Source of the DNA: Pelomyxa schiedti
Lineage: Eukaryota; Protista; Evosea
Direction: 5' to 3'
DNA: 34,906 bases
NCBI GenBank assembly: GCA_020536535.1
Contig: JAHLWZ010000975.1
Span: forward strand, 1 to 34,906
Below, piece after piece: positions 1-9,000 of this stretch. Both the position numbers and the translations under genes were made by a program. Each line of letters begins with the position of its first letter. Within the stretch, counting starts at the first letter, position 1. The notes beneath the pieces are model-generated. The model had not been told where the DNA came from and made no database searches. It saw only the letters and a program-made list of their open reading frames with translations.

Positions 1-183
1 GGCCGAGGACTGTGATGCGCGTGACCACGGACCGGGATGACACCAATCCCTTGTGTTCGTGGCGCGACGCGACGCGGACCGCGGTTGTGGGATGCTGGGA
101 GCCTGCGTTGGGTGGGTCCGGCCGGACCACCCGATGGGTTCCCGGTGAACTCCTCCCATCTTTTTTTGGTTTTTTTTTTTCAC
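1..183 (+). repeat. Copy 1 of a ~170-bp GC-rich dispersed repeat ending in a T-run (candidate Pol III small RNA or SINE). It is truncated or extended at the window edge.
   Basis: Positions 14-180 match 34193-34342 on the same strand and 32346-32540 as reverse complement. This is visible as shared ORF peptides MRVTTDRDDTNPLCSWRDATRTAVVGCWEP and MTPIPCVRGATRRGPRLWDAG. The copy ends in tttttttggttttttttttt at 161-180. A second shared module, cgtaatgccaacacacc..cgtcaacaa, lies at 238-270 and matches 34345-34372. Confidence 0.7.
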
Positions 184-574
184 TTGTGGGTCCTCATTCG
201 ATTGTTTGTTGGCTATCTCCACAGTGGACCAGATTACCGTAATGCCAACACACCTCCGTCAACAATGGAGCATTCCCACAGGTGGAGGTGGGTGTAGTTG
301 CTGTTTGATTGACGAGATTGTGATGGCACCGCCATCAAAGAAGTCCAGTTGAAATACCGCCGCCCATACCACGCCGTTGCTTCCCACAATCAAAACACCC
401 CCTACGGGAGCTTTCAGTAGATCATGGTGGCACATCCCTCCCCAAAGTACATTCGGGGAATGTCGTTGCAGAAGAATCACACTTCCGAGTTTACAGGAGA
501 AATACATTGGCACGACGAAAAAACCAAACGCGTTTTTTGGAAACGTAGAAAAACCAACAACAAAACCCCAGGGG

Positions 575-2835
575 ATGTCGACGAGCAGCAGCACCGCGAC
601 GCCCAGCGCGCCAGCGACGCCGGCCAGCACCCGCCGGCGCGATTCGCACTCCCCCAAGCCCTCCATGGACTCCTCGTCGCTCAGGTCCGCGTCGGCGTCC
701 ACCGACCGCGGCGGAGACCTCAAGGACGTGTCGCCGGCGCCCCCGGGCACCCCGGGCGTGCACTCCTCGTCCTCGTCGTACCACACGACGACGTCGTCGT
801 CGTCGCACACGCACCACTCGACGGCGTCGTCGTCCTCGAGGGCGCACGGGCACGGGCACTCGCCCCACCACGCGCACCACTCCTCGGGCGCGGAGAAGGC
901 CGCCGTCCCCGCCACCTCGACCTCGCCGGCCACCACCGACAGCGTCTCCGGCCTCGCCGCGCTGTCGGCCTCGGCCTCGGCGTCGGCGACGGCCGGCGCC
1001 ACGCCGTCCAGGGCGTCGTCCGCATCTTCCGGCGTCGCTGCTGCTTCGGTGCCAGCTAGTACTACTGCATCTACAAGTGTTGTCACCCGAGACCCTACTC
1101 CTGAGCTGGACTCTTCCATTTCGACGGCGGTCTCCACGCCAGTTACCGGCACGGCTCTGGGTAGTTTTTCCGGGCACACGACGGCTTCTTCCGTCTCGGG
1201 GGCACAGTCTCCAGGAGGCAGCAAGGTGGTCCAGCACCGCTTCAACATCACGTTGAACACCGCGTCTCCTCTTAAACCGGCTGCTACTGTGTTTGTGCGA
1301 TGGCGCCGCGGCCTCTCCAAGAACAAAGGTTGCTCAGCGCAGAAAGTTGTGCAGCCAAACGGCGTTGCCGAGTGGAATGAGTCAATTCCTCCTTTCGCCG
1401 TACCACTCACAAAGCTGAAAGAGGGAGGTTATGAGGAAAAGCTGTTGAAGTTCACTCTTTGCCAGGTATGTGGTATTAAACAAGTGCCAACCGAACCTAA
1501 TCGCGTCTTGCAGAAAGGTAAAATTGGTAGTATTGGCAAAGGCACCATTAACCTTTCTGATTATGCGGACCTTGGTGGCCTAACACAGACAAAAGCGGTC
1601 AAAACAGGAAAATCTCTGCTGAATGTAATGGCTCTTTTCACACACGTTTCTTAACATTTCCTTTACAGATAACATTCAACTCCATCAACATGGGATCCAC
1701 TATAATTTGGTATGAATATGCCTTTACCGATATCCGTATGAGATCCTTTTAGTGATGATGATACTGAAGATAGCAGTGATAGTGATGATTCTTCAGATGG
1801 CTTTAGCAGTGATAGCAGTGATTACAAACATAAAAAGCCCAAGGACAAAGAGTATGAGGAAGTTTCTTCCACCTATAACTCAGTTATTCTAGTCACAGTA
1901 CACCTCGCAAGCCCGAACCACCTCTCGCACTTGTGGACAAAGGTTTTTGTACCGACTAGTTTTTTGTTTTTTTTTAACTTCAATACAGATAGAGAAAAAA
2001 TTGTCAAGACTTTAACATCTGAGGTATGCAATCTCACAAAACTACAAAAAAAAAAAAAATTAATAAATACCAGAAAGAGAAACAGATCAAGCCAGGAACA
2101 CAACCTCCAAATTTCCGTGAGGCAGTACTCGAAGAGCTAAAAATCGCATCAGCCAAAGCCGAATTATCATCTTCACTTGAAGATAGAATGGAGAAACTTG
2201 AAACTGAGTTAAAACAAGCAAAGCAACGAGAAATAGAAGCAAATGTGAGAATTGAGTACCTAACAAATGAAGTGCAAAGGTTAGGTGGGAATATTTTCCC
2301 AGAATCAACACCTGAAGGAGAGGCAATGCGCAAAAAAGCTGAGGAAGAAAGGAAGAAAGGAGAAAAGGATCTTAAAAGAGCTCAGGCTGAAGCAAAGCAC
2401 TATAAGAAAAAACTTCACCATGTTCTAGACAAAAGACAAAAAGAAGAAGAAGAGCGCAAGCGTAATGTTGCTCAATTTGAGCAGATGCAGAATAGTGAAC
2501 TTGCTGCAAAGGAGCAAGTAAGAAAACTACAAGAAGAATGCATCAACCTTCGTGGTCCTGGTTCTGGCTCAAAACCTGAAGAGGCTAAGACCCTTGCAGC
2601 GAAATTTGTATGTCCAAAGCACGCCCAAAGGACTTACTCAGCAGTAACATTATCACAGATTGACCTTGAACGCCAACTGCTTGTGGCCAACACACTCCAA
2701 AAAGCCTTTTTCCTTACAGACACTCCTTGCTTTGACCCCTATAACATCCCTCTGCCATGTGTTGCTGCAGTAGATTTAATTCGAAATTCTCACTCTTTCA
2801 CTTCGAAACCTGACGAGTATGCACTCATTTCTTAA
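575..2835 (+). CDS. Multi-exon gene with three parts. First a Ser/Thr/Ala/His-rich low-complexity N-terminus. Then an NT-type C2 (NT-C2) domain. Then an acidic/Ser-rich exon and a long coiled-coil exon (2026-2835).
   Basis: The ATG at 575 sits in an A-rich context. The NT-C2-like block reads VVQHRFNITLNTASPLKPAATVFVRWRRGLSKNKGCSAQKVVQPNGVAEWNESIPPFAVPLTKLKEGGYEEKLLKFTL, then KGKIGSIGKGTINLSDYADL. Candidate introns are 1466-1513 (48 nt, in-frame) and 1625-1669. The DDDTEDSSDSDDSSDGF exon is around 1744-1870. The 2026-2835 ORF is heptad-rich (EELKIASAKAELSSSLEDRMEKLETELKQAKQREIEANVRIEYL...). The minus-strand ORF 259-1410 is an antisense artefact of the GC-rich repeat coding. Confidence 0.5.
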
Positions 2836-3289
2836 AAACATCACCCATTTGGAAAAAAAGATTTCTCTTCCGCTCTCTGTGCACTGCCATAACAGCAACT
2901 GTAAAAGTGTGTCGTTCACTTGTTTATCCCACAAAAATCTCATGTCCCCAAAGTTGTATAGTCAAAATACAACCATGTCCATGTTTTGGTTTGTAAACAC
3001 ATGGCATATTTTGCAAGGGGTCTATCAAAACATGCGTGAAGTGCATTATGTCTTGTATTATCCGCCATTACTACAACGAATTCATTGACTTTTTCAAGCC
3101 CTATTTCAGAATCAGACATGCGGTTTGTTGTAAAGCCTCCTACCGCTGAGTCAAGCAACCCAATTCATGTATTTGTATCTGATCTGAAAACTATCCTTGT
3201 TAATCAATTTTTCTCGATCGTATCTACGGCAACAACGGTATTAAATTTTATATTAATTAATTAATTTTCCCCTTCTTAACACAACGCAG

Positions 3290-4055
3290 CAATTAGAGCC
3301 CATTATCATTCATGCTCTCCTAGAACAACAGACCGCTGTATTTGATAAATCATCTGCAAGCCAGTTTGTAAGTATAGACAAATACTGGCATTAATTATTT
3401 CCTAGAGGGAAAAAACAAAGCATAGATATTGTCGTCGGTGTTTTGTCTGAGCTTCTCCAGCGTACTCAAGCAGCCAAGCTTCCCGATTCATTATGCCATC
3501 AGGTGTTCTCCCAAGTTTATTTCTGGATCAATGCTATCGTTTTCAACCATATTTTGACCCACCCGACTACTTGTGAGTGTTGTATCTTCCCTTAGAACAT
3601 ACTACCCCTCATGGCAGGTACCTGCAGCACCGGGTTCCAAATAAGGTTATCACTTTCTGCTCTGGATGACTTCTTAAACCAGCACACAAATACGAGAAAA
3701 GCGAGGTGTCCTTGCCAACAGATTATTCTATTTGCCCCCGTATTCACACTTCTGCAGATCTTTCCTCAATCACACCAAACAAGCTGCCAACCTTATGGTT
3801 ATCGATAAGGCTGTACTTCAGTCCGCGATGGAGTGTTCACTCTTTGGCTCTCTCACTCAAGCACATATTGCCACCATTGTTCTATCTCTTAGACCCGATA
3901 AGTATGTGCAAAATCCTTCTGAAAACTCCTTACCAGCGCATAGAAATTTCCCCGATTCCCCTATGCCAGAGTCCCTTCTCGCCGAAATGCAAAAAGTTGA
4001 CTGTAGCGCACTGCAGCAACTGGACCCCAAGGAATTAAAAATTCCCGAAGCTTAG
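3290..4055 (+). CDS. DIL (dilute / myosin-V cargo-binding tail type) domain exons. This is probably the 3' part of the NT-C2/coiled-coil gene upstream (not proven).
   Basis: The spliced translation is QLEPIIIHALLEQQTAVFDKSSASQF | RGKKQSIDIVVGVLSELLQRTQAAKLPDSLCHQVFSQVYFWINAIVFNHILTHPTTC | NILPLMAGTCSTGFQIRLSLSALDDFLNQHTNTRKAR | SFLNHTKQAANLMVIDKAVLQSAMECSLFGSLTQAHIATIVLSLRPDKYVQNP...stop at 4055. It matches the DIL consensus (FsQlfyyINa.lfN.Ll, G.qIr.NLs.LeeW, iQAa.lLqv.K....d...i...C..L...Qi.kiL..Y). Introns are about 3368-3405, 3570-3592, and about 3703-3753 (frame shift between ORFs 3611 and 3732). Confidence 0.55.
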
Positions 4056-4141
4056 TTCTGTGTTGGCCGTTTTTCTCATTCCTCAGGGAAGGAATCTTTA
4101 ACTTATAAGGAAAAAATTGTTTTTATTATAAAGAGGGTCTA

Positions 4142-5771
4142 TTACATCCAAACAAATGCCAAAACAACAGCCAAAGAAACAACCCAAAGAGCCACAGTCA
4201 TGTGGAGACCCCACAATGACTGTCTTGGTACTGATAATCCCGTTGGGGTCTGGTTGTATCCCAACAGCTCAAATAGATACACTAGAGGCAGAAGCAGTAA
4301 CCTGACACAATACCTAGCCAGTGGGTGATGTGTAAGCCATAGTGCAAATGGTGGTGATGTGGCATAGTAGAGGTCTATGAATTTACGGCCCAGATAGTGG
4401 TTGTGTAGAGTTGTATCCCTGTTTGTTTTGTTTGTTATATGAAAAGACATGATTGATATAATTGAACCTGAAACGGCGAAGTGTGTTGATTCTTGGGTCT
4501 AGGGGTGACCCATAAGCAGCAGTGGCAATGAAGCAACCACCTCTTTTGGCTTTTTTCGCACTACATTTGTAGCTCATAGCCTGGGTGTGAAGAGAAAGTG
4601 ATTCCGGTGAATAATAAGAATCCTGCCCAAAGAGTAAGGAACGGATAGCGTAAGTATGTACTAACCTCAATTGTGGGGTCATATTCATCACAAAAAAGTG
4701 CTGCCCTCCTAAAAAAAAAAAAGGTAAGCAATGGCAGACAACATGGATGCAAGTACTTTGAAATACTCTCTATCTTCGCTGATTGTTCTTGCAGATCATC
4801 CATCACCGAGGAAGACGACGAAGTAGTGGTAGAACATTGTGGTGGAGGTGGAGGTGGAGCTGCTGCTGCAGAGCCAGATGGAGGCGGCGGCGGAGCGGAT
4901 TCAGATGGAGGAGGCATGTGTGAAGGTGTTGGTGTAGGTTGAGCTTGAGGTTTAGGTTGAGGTTGGGATTGAGGTGCAGGTGAAGGCTTGGGTGGAGCGG
5001 GGCTGGCAGCGGCACATGCCGCGGGGACTGGGATTGATCTCGCCATGTCCTTCTTTTGGTTCATGGCGCTTCCTGCTTTTCCTCTGCCTTTGGCATTCGA
5101 TTTCGGTGCTTCCTCACATTTAATGTCGCATTTCATGTCACATTTCATGTCACATTTTGGGGAATAGTCACATTTTTCCTCGCATTTCGATTTTTTCTTG
5201 GCTTTGTATTCGCGTTTAACGTCACACATCCCTGCTTCTTCTTTCATCTTGCTCAACCCTCTTGGAGCACCAGGAGCGCGACGGAACTCCATGTAATCAT
5301 CCTCCTCTTCACATTCTGAGTCAGAGCTGTCACTGGCACTGCCACTGCTGCTGCTACTCGACTTGCGTCTTTGCTTATATTTTTTTTTGCCACCACCCCA
5401 CGAGGAGCTTCTTGTATCAGCAGTTGTAGAGCCGCTGATTTGCCAATCTTTTTCCCATTGAGTGGTATTTTAGAATTCAAGGCCATACGAGGATTAGATG
5501 TGGACACTTTTCTAGATTTTTTGGTTTTTTTCCCTGGAGCCCAGTAATCAAACTCAGTGTGGTGGTAAGCCTTTGGGTACATTTTCCTAAGTCCATAATT
5601 AAAATGTGAATTTCCAGGCCGACCGTAGTACTACATTTCTCACCTGGATGAGACCACACTGACGGTGGTATTATAATGAACCTTCTTTATTTCCTTCCAG
5701 TTTGTGCAAAATGGAATTTCATCCACGCTTTCTGCTTTGTCTAACGTGGCAATAGGAGGTGTGGGTTTCAT
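4142..5771 (-). CDS. Low-complexity protein ending in a CFI-box-like C-terminal module plus a terminal hydrophobic helix. Regions are Ser-rich, acidic, KCDMKCDMKCDIKCEE repeats, and Pro-rich.
   Basis: The minus-strand model starts at ATG 5771. Exons are MKPTPPIATLDKAESVDEIPFCTNWKEIKKVHYNTTVSVVSSR | KMYPKAYHHTEFDYWAPGKKTKKSRKVSTSNP | HWQISGSTTADTRSSSWGGGKKKYKQRRKSSSSSSGSASDSSDSECEEEDDYMEFRRAPG...KCDMKCDMKCDIKCEE...PPPPPP...DDLQEQSAKIESISK...DEYDPTIE | DSYYSPESLSLHTQAMSYKCSAKKAKRGGCFIATAAYGSPLDPRINTLRRFR | DTTLHNHYLGRKFIDLYYATSPPFALWLTHHPLARYCVRLLLLPLVYLFELLGYNQTPT...ALWVVSLAVVLAFVWM stop (4142). Minus-strand introns are about 5617-5673, 5481-5522, 4623-4675 and 4419-4467. Confidence 0.55.
5124..5160. 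repeat. Tandem 12-bp coding repeat (gtcacatttcat, about 3 copies) encoding KCDMKCDMKCD on the minus strand.
   Basis: The sequence gtcgcatttcatgtcacatttcatgtcacattt lies within the CFI-box-protein gene. Confidence 0.8.
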
Positions 5772-6094
5772 CTGTACTTCCCTAGTTCATGTTTTAAAAT
5801 AAAAAAAATAGTAATCATAAAAAAGACCTACCCTCTTTTCTCTGCTTCAGTTCTTTCCTGGATGCCATTAGGGTAATGTAGGATGATTCTTTTGGAATAC
5901 CTCAACGGCAATGAAACTTGTCAACGTGGTTGCTAAAGAATACCTCACACCAAGATCTATTATTTCACCTTTGCGCTACTGTGTGGTTACAAAGAGGTAT
6001 TCTGTCTCCCTAATACCTTTTCCCGTGCAAGTTCACTTGAGACATTGTCCTCAGCAAGGCTACTTTCCTCCCAGTCTCTGTGCAGAAAGAATTC

Positions 6095-9000
6095 TCAGTT
6101 TAATGTAATAATGCTGGAGATAACAGACCGAACAATAGCTCGGGCGCATAGCCTGTGAAGAGTGAGTCCATTTACAGTGTCACCAATGCTTGATGTTACA
6201 GTAGTGAGAAACTGAGCCCCAGTGTCACTTTCTTTGCCTTGGAGAGTAACCTTTGGGAGAAAGAAGTTTGTAATCACCAAATATAGGCGGAGACATACGC
6301 CATGGCAGTCAGCGTTAATAAAAGAATAAACAATGACTCTATCTCCAGAGAAAAGAGACATGACCTTTTGGGGGGCCTGTCTCGCTACAGAAGGAAATAT
6401 GGTAGCAGAAGAGGCACTCCCGCTTCCCCATTTTATTGCTATATCTTTCAAACAAGCTTGCTTACTTCTAGATATTTGACTTTGTACCTATGCAGTTAAA
6501 TTAGCAGAAAACGTTTTTAAGTCCAAGTTTACCTGTCCTCGGAGTGGATTTGATTTCGAAACAAATTCACAGGCACCACCTCCTAAACGGGCAAAGGACA
6601 TGAGGTTGTGTCGGTGTACTTCAGTACCAACACCAAGGGAGAAAACCCGGGTTTTACTGTGGGGATCCTGACAGTGATCAAGAATACTCTACAAAGTATT
6701 TAGCAGATAATTCAAGAGAATGATTACCAACCTTCATCACTTGTAGATCGTTGGCAATATCACCATCAGATATGATGAACAAGTTATAATTTGTTGAGCG
6801 TTGTTGAGCATCATTACTGTCCCGGGTGCACTCAATTTCTAGAAGAACACTTTTTAAAGCGGGCCAGAGCATACTCCCTCCCCAATTCGCTTGTAATTGC
6901 TTCAGGTCATTACTTAAATAAATAGCGTGGGGTGCATTGGTACCATGATATGGTTATGAGCTATGGACTGGGTTTCAGAGGTTTTTACAACGGAGGTGAG
7001 GAAGAGTGCTTCAAATGTGGATCCAAATGTTATTACATTGAATCGAGACATCATTGGTACCCCCCAAACTAGGCCGGTTATTAAGGAAGATGATATGAGA
7101 AGACACACGTAAGTTGAGGGAGACCTGTTTGCATTCGAGCAGACATGGCCCCATACTAGCAGATTGATCAATAAGTAGTATATCTAAGTTTTGGTTTAGA
7201 AAATATTGAATAAGTTAAAATTTTACACTCGGTATTGGAATCCACAGATTCACTGAGAGTTGGATAGAGCGCAACCATGGCAACATACTCCTCATTGGGA
7301 GGTATTGTGTTGTTGGATTTCGTTGGGGTTAAGGCATCAAGTTGAGGTGCCTTTTCCACCCACATGAATGGTGTGTGGCTATCACACATACGAACAAGGA
7401 GTATGAAGTCACTTGAAGGAGGTTCTGAAGGTATATCAACAAAGGGAATTCAAAGCAAGGAAAAACCATCAATCCAGAACAGTGTAGCTTTTCTTGGGGT
7501 TTGCTTGAATCTTATAGAATGTGTCGGACTCTCAATTTCGTGTATCACATGTGGCATATTGATGGCAATCTCCATTGAAAATGGACCCTGCATTGCGGGA
7601 AGGTGAAAATGCATATGTAAATAAAGCCATATAAACCCGATGCTCTGTCACACTAATGGTGCTTGTATTGTGCTGTGTGATGGGAGCAAGTGCACTGTGT
7701 TTTAACTGTCCGACAAGGTTCACGGGGCAAAGAAACTTCCTAGCCATGGCTTCGATTCCCAGTTCAGTAATGTCTAGTATTTCAATTGAAGGTAAGCGTA
7801 TTCTTAATATGGAGGCTGATACATGAGATCTTAATCACAACTTTCGTGTGTGGGGGGAGATTGCCCACTGAAACTGTGAAAACATTGGATTTGGCCTCAT
7901 CGAGTAGGTAGGCCCCATCGCCTCTCTTGATTGCTTCCTTGTATTCCTTATGAGCTTGTTCTTTCTCCTTTACTACTCCAATGACATGTTTGTCTGGATG
8001 CAGGTGAATGGGAAAGAAAAGTGCTCAATAATGCATACGGTTTATGAACGCCTCAAAGCCCACAACAGCTGATTTTTCGTCTAAAGGAAAAACATATTTT
8101 GCTTCTATTGGCGTTGCACTTGTGTTATGAAATTCTTGGAGGATGACGACTTCACCCACAAGATCTACACACATCAGTTGATTGAAACGCTAAGCATGCA
8201 TACCAATCAGCTTTGCGTGGATGCTAATAGCTTCCAGTGGTATGGGTTGCCCTGTGCTAGATACTAATCCACCTTTTTCTTTGGACTGGCGAACTAGTAA
8301 AATAATGTTTTGAACAAAAAAAAACATACAGCTGGCAATTCCGGCTTTGCTGCAGGGATGTTTGAAGAATCAACAATGACACGTTTTTTTATTCCAGAGA
8401 GTATACTCGAAAGTAAGGTGTTATCCTGCTGTTTTGGGTTCTCTGGCTTAAATCCAGAAATTTCCAGAAGGTACTGCACATGTTGTTGTGCAGTGGTATA
8501 GATCACATATCTTTGAGAATCAGTTTCCATTAGAAGAATAGAACTTGACACACTCATCGTCATCAAACTCGCTTTTTACTCCTGGTATTGCTTTTACACC
8601 GCGACAACTGTTAAAACTAGGAGGAGGCGCTGTCAAGGAGAAATCGTATTTATGTAAGTCCTTCACATTCCCAAGTGCGACCCGCGATAATAACAAGTAT
8701 CTACAGAGTAAAAAGGAAGGAAAGCTATTATGAGGGATGTCCACCAACATATAAGGTACCTGTTCCCATTTTCGTCTCCAGTGGTATATTTCAAGGCTGT
8801 TAGAGGATCATCACTGAAGTAAAGGCCGGCACCAAGGTTCCCCGCATTTGTCCGCTTTACACCAAGTGTTGTGGTAACAGTATGTGGAAGTAGCATTCCT
8901 CGTGAAAGAATTCCCAGCCAATTACCTTATGATATTAAGTTCCCGGCATTACATCTCCTATTTGAGTTAACCTATGGCAGAGCCGTGAAATAGGAGCCTT

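Noticed and set aside
14-180. Possibility that the 170-bp repeat is U6 snRNA (shares ggatgacac and ttcgtg with the U6 3' region) or a tRNA-derived SINE.
   Set aside because: It has no ACAGAGA box or AGC triad, and no convincing A/B boxes. Identity is left open as a candidate Pol III small RNA or SINE.
259-1410. 383-aa minus-strand ORF (and nested ORFs 491-1237, 720-1025) rich in Arg/Gly/Ala.
   Set aside because: It is antisense to the GC-rich, codon-repetitive first exon of the NT-C2 gene. The plus-strand frame continues into a recognisable NT-C2 domain, whereas the minus ORF has no domain and is typical GC-rich shadow ORF.
8205-8218. Apparent 14-nt intron (gtatgcatgcttag) in the VIT domain of the vPARP gene; an apparent 8-nt intron / double frameshift at 21888-21953 in the kinase domain; and a 30-nt intron at about 4419-4448.
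   Set aside because: In each case an alternative canonical GT..AG pair gives a 39-49-nt intron, matching the local norm. This also improves the domain alignment (IHAKLI|DLVGEVVILQEFHN; GGFGKIYKG|GIWDGKEVAVKEM; LRRFR|DTTLHNHYLGRKF). So there is no evidence for ultra-short introns or pseudogenes.
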